IMG/VR virus record: IMGVR_UViG_3300030372_000881
Span: 1-26,497 of that record
DNA length: 26,497 nucleotides
Reading direction: 5' to 3' (one strand)
Origin: a virus
Taxonomy: Duplodnaviria; Caudoviricetes
The translations under genes and the position numbers were made by a program. Below are positions 1-7,161 of the stretch, one piece after another (within the stretch, counting starts at the first letter, position 1; every line of letters starts with the position of its first letter). Under the pieces are notes generated by a model. It was not told the origin of the DNA. It saw only the letters and a program-made list of their open reading frames with translations, and searched no databases.

Positions 1-210
1 TCCCTGCTTTGATCCGCCAGAAGCAACCCATTGATCAATGTCAGATTCTCGCCATCTATGTTGATGACCGATTCGGATGCTTTCTGGAAATTCATTCTTT
101 TCCATTAACCGATAGATCGTGCGGCTGTGAACGCCAAGTCTGCTTGCTACTTGTTCACCTGACAATAAAGTTTCACCGTTTTTGTTTTTGATTTCAGAAT
201 GGAATGTCAT
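1..210 (-). CDS. AlpA/Xis-like HTH protein, 3'-truncated copy in the left repeat
   Basis: Same frame as 26083-26307 (MTFHSEIKNKNGETLLSGEQVASRLGVHSRTIYRL...); runs off the window edge. Confidence 0.75.
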   Translation of the reverse strand, partial: MTFHSEIKNKNGETLLSGEQVASRLGVHSRTIYRLMEKNEFPESIRIGHQHRWRESDIDQWVASGGSKQG

Positions 211-400
211 CTTGCGCAACCTCCACTTTCACTGGCTTAGTTGATCCTTGATCGTCATCTTGTTTTGATGATATGAATGCAAAATCTCGGACAGTTACTT
301 TTGGAGTTTGTCGATTATTACCTTCCTTATCTTGCCACTGTTGAATTTCAATGCTTCCTGCAACTGTCAATTCATTTCCTTTTTTGCACCATGATTCGAT
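1..400. repeat. Terminal direct repeat or circular overlap, left copy
   Basis: Aligns without gaps to 26098-26497; 20 substitutions counted by hand (about 95% identity). Confidence 0.97.
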
Positions 401-583
401 GGTTGTGCCAGCGCCTGAAAATGCTTGACATTCAAAAAATGAAACAGTCTTTTCAGCACCACGCTTTGAATTTACTGCTAGTGCAAATGAAGTCACTGAT
501 GATTCACCATGCTTTGTTTTAATTGTTCTAGTTTCAGGGTCACGTGTTAAGCGACCGACTAATGTAATGTTTGCCATACCCAT
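194..583 (-). CDS. ssb: Single-stranded DNA-binding protein
   Basis: N-terminal ITLVGRLTRDPE, OB-fold motifs (KKGNELTVAGSI, WQDKEG) and acidic C-terminal DDIPF. Confidence 0.97.
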   Translation of the reverse strand: MGMANITLVGRLTRDPETRTIKTKHGESSVTSFALAVNSKRGAEKTVSFFECQAFSGAGTTIESWCKKGNELTVAGSIEIQQWQDKEGNNRQTPKVTVRDFAFISSKQDDDQGSTKPVKVEVAQDDIPF

Positions 584-585
584 TT

Positions 586-1188
586 TTATTTTCCTTTATT
601 TTTAATGGTTGCAATTTTCAAAACTAACATTTCCAATTCAGTATCAGAAAGTTTTTCAACGTTTGGTTTTTTATAGTGGTCAAGTGCTGTTTGAACAACG
701 GCTTGACCTTCTTGACCAGTCATTTTCAAATGACCGTCAACAATTAGCATCATTGATTCTCTTGTCATCTTTTCAGATGCTGGCAAATCTTCACCAGCAT
801 AGATGTAATGTCCTAATCCAAAGTAAGCCATGCACTTGACCAAGCATCTTTTCAACGCTGTATTCACATCAAACGAATCTGGATTCTTGATCGCTTTGTT
901 TTGATGGTTAGTCACTGGATAATCTTCACAATGACAAACACCTTCAACGCACAATGTCACTCGCACCATTGCAAATCCGTTTGGATCATAAAAGCAAGGG
1001 TAGCCATCAGCATTCAATTGATTGTCAAATGTTGCATTCGGGTAGTGTTCCATGAGTATTCCCCACGCCCACGCCCATGACAAATAATTAAACCTACCTT
1101 TTTTTTCAATGTGATCTGTGCAATCAATCTTTGACAGAACCTCCCACGTTGATTTTGACTTTGTTTTTGTTGTTGTTTTTTTAGACAT
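586..1188 (-). CDS. Single-strand annealing protein, Sak3/DUF1071-like (Rad52 superfamily)
   Basis: Motifs HIEKKGRFNYLSWAWAW and DVNTALKRCLVKCMAYFGLGHYIYAGEDLP; lies between exonuclease and ssb. Start moved to ATG 1188, which has GGAG upstream. Confidence 0.85.
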   Translation of the reverse strand: MSKKTTTKTKSKSTWEVLSKIDCTDHIEKKGRFNYLSWAWAWGILMEHYPNATFDNQLNADGYPCFYDPNGFAMVRVTLCVEGVCHCEDYPVTNHQNKAIKNPDSFDVNTALKRCLVKCMAYFGLGHYIYAGEDLPASEKMTRESMMLIVDGHLKMTGQEGQAVVQTALDHYKKPNVEKLSDTELEMLVLKIATIKNKGK

Positions 1189-1975
1189 ATTCTTCAACTC
1201 CATTCTTTGCCCAAATCGGCAAATCTAAATTTTTAACGTTCGATCCATATGGAAGAAATAGTTCTTCATCCAAAGCACATTGAACTTTATAGTGCTTATA
1301 TTCTTTAACTGCTTGACAACATAATTCCCAACCAACTCGCAGTGAATCAGTTGTCATTTTATAGACAGCAACTCCATGCGGCTGTGTGTTTTCAACTGCA
1401 ATAATGTACGCATTTGCTTCTGACCAGTGAACGCCCATTGCGTGCGAATACCACGCCATTTGCATGTGATATAAAAAATTAGCACTTGACTTCATGAACG
1501 CATCTGGACTTGCATCTTGTGTTGTTTTCAGATCGACAATTGTTCCCATGTCGTCACACGCATCAATCATTGCTTTGCAATTCACTCCATCAAATTCAAA
1601 CTCTGTTTGAAATTCATATGCGTAGCATTTATTTAAAAGCGATCTAACTTCAGGATGAGCCAAACAATTCTTTTGCATAGCATCAACAAGTATTGATTGA
1701 TCATGCGTGATGATCGTTCGATCCCCAACACTTTCAACAAAATTTGCATGCTCTTCTTTCCCTGCTTTTGTTCGGCGATCAACCTTCGGGCTAATTGCAA
1801 TTAGATCTTCATATTGATCATTTTCTAAAATAGCCGCATGAAATGCCGTTCCAAGTTTCATGTTTGCAGTCGCCTCAAAGTTTTTCATGCGATGTTCTGC
1901 ATGCGCTGGTGATTGCTTGATTACAGTTTTTAATAGTGATGCAGACAGTGCATCGATTTGATAATAGTCTTTCAT
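1181..1975 (-). CDS. RecE/exonuclease VIII-like PD-(D/E)XK nuclease (DUF3799-like)
   Basis: LSASLLK, LGTAFHAAILE, DRRTKAGKEE, CKAMID...IVDLKTT and YHMQMAWY motifs; adjacent to the annealase. Confidence 0.9.
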   Translation of the reverse strand: MKDYYQIDALSASLLKTVIKQSPAHAEHRMKNFEATANMKLGTAFHAAILENDQYEDLIAISPKVDRRTKAGKEEHANFVESVGDRTIITHDQSILVDAMQKNCLAHPEVRSLLNKCYAYEFQTEFEFDGVNCKAMIDACDDMGTIVDLKTTQDASPDAFMKSSANFLYHMQMAWYSHAMGVHWSEANAYIIAVENTQPHGVAVYKMTTDSLRVGWELCCQAVKEYKHYKVQCALDEELFLPYGSNVKNLDLPIWAKNGVEEYV

Positions 1976-2079
1976 TTTTGATCCTTTTTGTTTTCTGGCA
2001 ATATCTCGGTGTATCCGCTTGAGGTCAAACCTTCAGCGAGTTCGTTGACGAGTTCCAATATCCATTTGATGTACTTCAT
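1972..2079 (-). CDS. 35-aa hypothetical peptide (MKYIKWILELVNELAEGLTSSGYTEILPENKKDQK)
   Basis: Not in the ORF track. Fills the gap exactly, with a TAATG overlap upstream and an ATGA overlap with the exonuclease. Confidence 0.65.
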   Translation of the reverse strand: MKYIKWILELVNELAEGLTSSGYTEILPENKKDQK

Positions 2080-2327
2080 TATATTTTTCCTTCTTGAATT
2101 AGATCATAAATAATTTGACAATGATCTTTTGCATACTTCGCTGTTGTATTACTCCATTTCATTTCTTTACGCCATGAACAATCTGTCTTGGCAAGTGAAA
2201 GTATTTCTTCACTGATCGTTGCAGAAACGTAGTCTTGAAAGCCGTTGTCAACTGTGAATTTTCCACATTTTGATGTGTAGATATGATCCTTTTGCTTGTT
2301 CCATTTTATTTTTTTTAATCGTATCAT
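2079..2327 (-). CDS. Early hypothetical protein, cassette 3 (82 aa, MIRLKKIKW...)
   Basis: AAGGA RBS before ATG 2327. The longer ORF-track start lies inside the repeat hairpin. Confidence 0.75.
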   Translation of the reverse strand: MIRLKKIKWNKQKDHIYTSKCGKFTVDNGFQDYVSATISEEILSLAKTDCSWRKEMKWSNTTAKYAKDHCQIIYDLIQEGKI

Positions 2328-2350
2328 TTGCTTGCTTCCTTTTTGATTAA

Positions 2351-2402
2351 ACCATTGCTGAAATGCACGCACTCCGAAGAATGCGTGCGATTCAAAAATG
2401 AT
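2351..2402 (-). repeat. Structured intergenic repeat R1 with a C(UUCG)G hairpin
   Basis: The minus strand reads ATCATTTTTGAATC-GCACGCATTC-TTCG-GAGTGCGTGC-ATTTCAGCAATGGT; the flanks are identical to R2. Confidence 0.85.
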
Positions 2403-2692
2403 TAAAGTTTAGATTGAAGTTCTTGTTCTAACTTATACAACTTTTCTTGTGATTTTTCAAAAGGCTGAATTTCTTTTTTCAGCCGATCAACCATTTTCTT
2501 GATCATCTGATCATCACTTTGTTCAGATTCGCAAAGCATCAAAATGTGGATTATTTCCAATGGACACAATTTAATGTTTAGACTTTTGCGTGACATAGAT
2601 TTATGAGATTCTTTATGCCAATTAACTTTCATATGTTGTTTTCTTTGACCGTTGTTTAGTCCTTCATATCGTGTTTTATATTCTGGTATCAT
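2402..2692 (-). CDS. Early hypothetical protein, cassette 2 (96 aa, MIPEYKTRY..., C-terminal coiled coil)
   Basis: GAAGGATAAAATT-ATG RBS supplied by repeat R2. Confidence 0.75.
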   Translation of the reverse strand: MIPEYKTRYEGLNNGQRKQHMKVNWHKESHKSMSRKSLNIKLCPLEIIHILMLCESEQSDDQMIKKMVDRLKKEIQPFEKSQEKLYKLEQELQSKL

Positions 2693-2694
2693 AA

Positions 2695-2777
2695 TTTTAT
2701 CCTTCGGCATTCGCCATTGTGATCAGCACCATTGCTGAAATGAACGCACTTGAAGGTGCGCTCGATTCAAAAATGAT
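2695..2777 (-). repeat. Structured intergenic repeat R2 (full unit: hairpin, TCAGCA-ATGG-TGCTGA hairpin, GGC-GAAT-GCC hairpin, RBS)
   Basis: Its 5' half matches R1 and its 3' half matches R3. Confidence 0.9.
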
Positions 2778-2782
2778 CTAAA

Positions 2783-3043
2783 TTACATAGTCACTTCAGT
2801 TATACAGTCAAGATATCTCTCTAAAAATTCTTTAGCGTCTTTTTGAGTTTTCCAAGTAGGTACGCTTTTACAACCAAAATCCCATGCAAAGTTTTTTTCG
2901 CTTGTCCTATTAAAGATACAAATTTTGTCTTTGTGATCTTTATGCAACTCCCAAACTCCGTCAACTGTTTTAGAAACTACAGTGCCACAAAGACCGTTGT
3001 ACTCTTTAGTTCTTTTCCATTTTAGTTTTGTTTCGTTTAACAT
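2783..3043 (-). CDS. Early hypothetical protein, cassette 1 (86 aa, MLNETKLKW...)
   Basis: GAAGGATAAACAA-ATG RBS supplied by repeat R3. Confidence 0.75.
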   Translation of the reverse strand: MLNETKLKWKRTKEYNGLCGTVVSKTVDGVWELHKDHKDKICIFNRTSEKNFAWDFGCKSVPTWKTQKDAKEFLERYLDCITEVTM

Positions 3044-3046
3044 TTG

Positions 3047-3087
3047 TTTATCCTTCGGCATTCGCCATTTGTCAGCACCATTGCTGA
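3047..3087 (-). repeat. Leader repeat R3 (5' hairpin plus RBS)
   Basis: TCAGCAATGGTGCTGACAAATGGCGAATGCCGAAGGATAAA, near-identical to 2696-2738. Confidence 0.9.
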
Positions 3088-3154
3088 TTTGTTCATTATA
3101 ACTACATTCGGACAAATGTGGACATTACTTGACAAAAATATGCAATTATTGACA
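3088..3154 (-). promoter_or_regulatory. Putative early promoter with phased operator-like repeats
   Basis: TATAAT at 3100-3095 puts +1 at about 3088, directly before the R3 hairpin. GACA boxes occur at 3111, 3121, 3131 and 3151. There is no canonical -35. Confidence 0.6.
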
Positions 3155-3289
3155 TTTTTATTTATTTTATTTAAACACGCATAGAACGCCACGCACAAAG
3201 CATCTTGTTAAAAATGACAAACTACCCATCTAAAACCACAAAACGCCACACAAGCGATTCTGCGGCTTCTGATTAGATGTCAGTTGTTT

Positions 3290-3634
3290 TCACCTACGTC
3301 TTTTGCATGGCATCAAAAGTGGCAATCCAAAAACTGCAATTGCACTTGGACTTGGTGCAATGCCATATTGAAATGGTGCTTCAATTAATTTTAGATCGGC
3401 TGATGTTACTTTGTCGATCGACTGTTTAACCTTGTCAATTGTTTCAAAATAGATCGCAATTTGTTCGATCGTTTTTTGACCAACAAAAGTTCCAACAACT
3501 GCAATTGCAATTGTCAATGTTAAAACTTTTTTATTCAATCTTGCAATCTCTCTGTCTTTGACTTTATTTCTTTCTTTGCAAGACTTCAAATCACTTTCAT
3601 TTTTTTTCTTGTGACAATCGCAGTTGCAGTTCAT
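3290..3634 (-). CDS. Membrane protein with coiled coil, internal TM helix and PEP-CTERM-like C-terminus
   Basis: TM segment VLTLTIAIAVVGTFVG; ends IAPSPSAIAVFGLPLLMPCKRRR; ATGA overlap with the upstream gene. Confidence 0.7.
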   Translation of the reverse strand: MNCNCDCHKKKNESDLKSCKERNKVKDREIARLNKKVLTLTIAIAVVGTFVGQKTIEQIAIYFETIDKVKQSIDKVTSADLKLIEAPFQYGIAPSPSAIAVFGLPLLMPCKRRR

Positions 3635-4398
3635 AAATATATCAACTCAGCCTTCCAAGAATCTCTTCCCATTCGACCAACTCGACCAAGTTGACATTCG
3701 CCGACAATGCAAGCGTGCTTCCAATCGCTAATAGAAAAGCGATATGTATATGCGGCTCTTTTGTTTCCGTTTCCAAAAGCCATATAGCCTGCGTTTGCAT
3801 ACCACAATGGCAACTTGACTTTGGTTGATCGTTTGCATTGAGTTGGTGGAACTGGTCTATGCGTATGTCCACGCACAACAAGTTGATTCGCAAGCATGCC
3901 ATGACAATCTTGTGCAAGTTGTATTGCTTCCATTTCATCGCTAGTGCTGAACCCATGCGTGAAGATTACATTTCCAAGTCGGTATGTTCCAACTTTGCCA
4001 TGCCTATATGGAACATGCTTCCATCTACGATATTCGTCTTTAACACCTTCAAGATTTCTAGGATCAAGAAGTGATCGCAAGTCATGTTGAATGCGTCCTG
4101 CTTTTTGAATGTTGTCATCATGGTTGCCGTCAAGTGCTATCAACTCACAATCTTTTGGAAGTGCTTTGCGAATCCTTTTCAACAAGTTAGCCGCAGAAAG
4201 AAATTCATCATATAGCGAATGAAGTGATGGATCGTCTTTCCACTGACTGCTTGCTTGACCTTCAACAATGTCGCCTAAATGGATTAGGTGTGTGATGTCA
4301 CGCTCTTTGATTACACGCAATAAATTTTCAACCGCCTCTTCGGAGTGATGCGGACAATGCGTGCAAGAGATTGCGAGAAATCTAGCCCAATCAGCCAT
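3631..4398 (-). CDS. Calcineurin-like metallophosphoesterase
   Basis: Motifs SCTH (in place of DxH), GDIVE, GNHD, THG and GHTH in the canonical order. Confidence 0.9.
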   Translation of the reverse strand: MADWARFLAISCTHCPHHSEEAVENLLRVIKERDITHLIHLGDIVEGQASSQWKDDPSLHSLYDEFLSAANLLKRIRKALPKDCELIALDGNHDDNIQKAGRIQHDLRSLLDPRNLEGVKDEYRRWKHVPYRHGKVGTYRLGNVIFTHGFSTSDEMEAIQLAQDCHGMLANQLVVRGHTHRPVPPTQCKRSTKVKLPLWYANAGYMAFGNGNKRAAYTYRFSISDWKHACIVGECQLGRVGRMGRDSWKAELIYL

Positions 4399-4414
4399 AA
4401 AAAATCACTTGTTA

Positions 4415-5335
4415 TCAAGTACCTTTTGCAGATGTTGTTGTCACTGACTGTTTAGGTGCTGAGTATGTTCCAGCATATGCGTTATATGCAGTGATGATTT
4501 CAATGTTTGCAAAACTAGATTGAAGATTAACTGTTCCACCATATTGATTGATAGTCGTAAAACCTACTTGTGCTTTCACGTTATTTGCAGTTGAAAAAGT
4601 TCCGCCATAAACATTAAGAGTTGTAACAGTTGTTGCGGTTGCAGTATCGACACCACTTGAACCCGCATTCCAATTGACAGTGCCACCGAGTACATTGAAC
4701 ACATCACTGCTTACTTTTGTCCAGTCTGAAACAGTGATTGTTCCACCACTTTGATTGATCGTTGAAGATGCTCCACAATTTTCAGCAAGTTTGAGTGTGC
4801 CAGATAACACGTTCACACTTGAACTTGATTGCCAAGCAACATTTGCGGCTGTGTCTGCATCAACCGTACCAGATGAAGTCAGCATGACCAAATCTTTTGG
4901 AGCGCAAGTCTTAGAACCACTAACACCAAGATATGCAGTTCCCACAAAACTTGGCTCAACAATAATCAAGTCGATTGATCCTGCGAGATAAACTGCGTTT
5001 CCAGTTTTAGAACCATCAATCATAACTGTTGCTGTGTATGTTGAATCAACTTTTTCAATGTAATGCGTTGAACCTGAAGTTGTGTTGTCGATTGACAATT
5101 CTTCAAAGTCAAGTTCAAGTGGAGTGCCAGAAGAACCAATTGCACCTGTATATGTTCTTGCGATGTAAACACGAGCGACATCAGTGTTCGTGACTGATCC
5201 GCCACTTATTCCGACTGAACCATCAATGATGGCTGTACCATCCGCATCAGGATGGTTATTCGTCCAGTTTGAATCGTTATCCCAATCGCCATCGCCAGCC
5301 GCACCAGTCCAAGTTGTCGTATCATTCAAAGCCAT
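4415..5335 (-). CDS. Beta-helix/autotransporter-passenger-like virion protein (putative receptor-binding or tail-tip protein)
   Basis: N-terminal WTGAAGDGDWDNDSNW and repeated (I/V)N(V/Q)xGGT turns; T/S/G-rich; last gene of the tail module. Confidence 0.65.
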   Translation of the reverse strand: MALNDTTTWTGAAGDGDWDNDSNWTNNHPDADGTAIIDGSVGISGGSVTNTDVARVYIARTYTGAIGSSGTPLELDFEELSIDNTTSGSTHYIEKVDSTYTATVMIDGSKTGNAVYLAGSIDLIIVEPSFVGTAYLGVSGSKTCAPKDLVMLTSSGTVDADTAANVAWQSSSSVNVLSGTLKLAENCGASSTINQSGGTITVSDWTKVSSDVFNVLGGTVNWNAGSSGVDTATATTVTTLNVYGGTFSTANNVKAQVGFTTINQYGGTVNLQSSFANIEIITAYNAYAGTYSAPKQSVTTTSAKGT

Positions 5336-5347
5336 ATCAATTCACCT

Positions 5348-5734
5348 CTATTGTTTCCATTTTTTTTCGGGGCAAGTCGCCATAGGCATTTTACACTTCA
5401 CTGTCAATGCGGCTCTTCGACCTTGCCCACAACCGCAAGCACCACAATGACCAACTGGATCATAGGTTGATTTTAACTTGTCGCATGATTTGCAAGTTTC
5501 AATCCTATGATTGTAAACGCCTTCATCAACCTCACCTTCATTTGCAAGTGATGATTCGGCACGAATATATTGTTTAACTTTTGATACAACCTTCTTTAAT
5601 CCCGATTGATTTTTTGAAGTGTTGTGTTCGCAGATTTCCAAGCAGACACCAAATGAAGGCTTTTCATAGACGTTAAGTTTGCAACATCCGCCATCACCGA
5701 TTCCACAATCTTTCCAGTGTTTGCATTCGATCAT
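5348..5734 (-). CDS. Cys-rich small protein with a DUF6171-like C-terminal motif
   Basis: 13 Cys in 128 aa; RIETCKSC...CGACGC...KCKMPMATCPEKKW. Confidence 0.7.
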   Translation of the reverse strand: MIECKHWKDCGIGDGGCCKLNVYEKPSFGVCLEICEHNTSKNQSGLKKVVSKVKQYIRAESSLANEGEVDEGVYNHRIETCKSCDKLKSTYDPVGHCGACGCGQGRRAALTVKCKMPMATCPEKKWKQ

Positions 5735-7161
5735 GATATGTTGAATCCGATGTTATCGAGATAAGTTGAAGCACGAGTGAAATGAGTTGGATTGATGATT
5801 TTCATCCAATTATCACAACCGCATTTTGTGCAATGCTCAAAGTAGCGATAACCGCCAACACCGAATGTTGGAACTTCACCTGCTGGTGGAACTGTTGCAG
5901 GATCAAATGGATTCCAGTGTGCATCGCTTTGTGTTAATCCTGCTGGACAGCCACAACCATTTTGTCTGATATACCAATTATGCGTTCCACCACCAACAAA
6001 AGAACAACTTGTCGAAGTGCTTGAATCGCTTTCACAAGTTTGCAAATTTGGATCAGGCTCATCGCATGGCAAACAAGTATCGACATCTATTCCATCAATG
6101 CAATCTGTTCTTTTTATATACTCTGTAATTGCAACACGCCAAACAGCACAAGGTGCAGGAGTGCAACAGTCAAACGGAATAACACCACCGCCACCACAAG
6201 GAAAGTTTGTTTGATTCATAATCTGTGTGACTTCCACTTCATAAAACCAAGACAACAACTTGACTGCACTGCACACTGGACAACCAAAATTAAACGGCTC
6301 ACACTGACAACAAGTTGTGCAACTTTCACAATTGTTCACATTTGCAAAAGGCACTATTTGATTCAAGTAACCACCAAACACTTTTTCACTTGACTTCCAC
6401 TTTCCTGAAACGGAATCAAAAGTCAATGTTGTTGTGTGCGACCTTGCACCAAGCGTTCCATTTGTTGTGCAATAGCCATCGTTATCACAACAATCACATT
6501 CGCATCCGATGCAACCACATTGAAAACCTGACTGCGATTTCAACACTGCTTCGGGAAATGAAACAGTCATTGAATAAGTTGATGCACATCCTGAAACTGT
6601 TTCAGGATCACCGCAAATTGAAACTTGATTTGATTCATCTCGGCAAACGCCTTTAAAGTTTTGACAGCCATCTTCTGTTGGACAAGGATTTGGCGTGCAG
6701 TCTGTTCCCGCACCTATCCACTTTGCACCACTTCCAGTTGCCATACATTCATCGAATGTTCTATCTTCAACACAAAGGAAACCACCACCACGAGTCGGAA
6801 CACAACAAGCACCAGTGGGCTGCGCACAATCTTCACATCCATCGGCTCTTGGATACAATTGAATTGGCGTTCCACCTTGGTTTTCAGTTTCTGAATAAAT
6901 AACATTAGTTACATCAGCAATGTTGTATCGATTTGATATGTCACTTGTCGAACTTGTGACTTCAAGGCAACAGTATTCGTTAAACAAGATTACATATGGT
7001 GGCGAGTCTGTTTGTTGTAAAACCCAATCCAGTGCGGCTTCGGAAAGATACACATTTTCTGGACATTTAGTTGATGTATCGCATGGAAATATCTCAAAAC
7101 AATATCCACTGTTTTCAACGCAACAACACTTTCTTGTCTTGCTACCAATTCTCATTCGCAA
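5731..7161 (-). CDS. Extremely Cys-rich putative tail-tip or fibre protein
   Basis: 48 Cys in 476 aa by hand count; sits after the tail hub genes and overlaps both neighbours. Confidence 0.7.
   Translation of the reverse strand: MRMRIGSKTRKCCCVENSGYCFEIFPCDTSTKCPENVYLSEAALDWVLQQTDSPPYVILFNEYCCLEVTSSTSDISNRYNIADVTNVIYSETENQGGTPIQLYPRADGCEDCAQPTGACCVPTRGGGFLCVEDRTFDECMATGSGAKWIGAGTDCTPNPCPTEDGCQNFKGVCRDESNQVSICGDPETVSGCASTYSMTVSFPEAVLKSQSGFQCGCIGCECDCCDNDGYCTTNGTLGARSHTTTLTFDSVSGKWKSSEKVFGGYLNQIVPFANVNNCESCTTCCQCEPFNFGCPVCSAVKLLSWFYEVEVTQIMNQTNFPCGGGGVIPFDCCTPAPCAVWRVAITEYIKRTDCIDGIDVDTCLPCDEPDPNLQTCESDSSTSTSCSFVGGGTHNWYIRQNGCGCPAGLTQSDAHWNPFDPATVPPAGEVPTFGVGGYRYFEHCTKCGCDNWMKIINPTHFTRASTYLDNIGFNIS

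Noticed and set aside
1-400. End repeats as a diversity-generating retroelement TR/VR pair
   Set aside because: No reverse transcriptase is present. Differences are not adenine-specific and are largely synonymous, and the copies sit at the contig ends.
2351-3087. Early repeats as a CRISPR array or integron attC sites
   Set aside because: The spacers are 250-300-nt ORFs, the repeats are unequal and modular, no cas or integrase gene is present, and I see no attC core boxes.
3129-3177. Plus-strand promoter from two TTGACA hexamers
   Set aside because: There is no good -10 at 16-18 bp and no plus-strand gene downstream; the hexamers are better explained as part of the phased GACA boxes.
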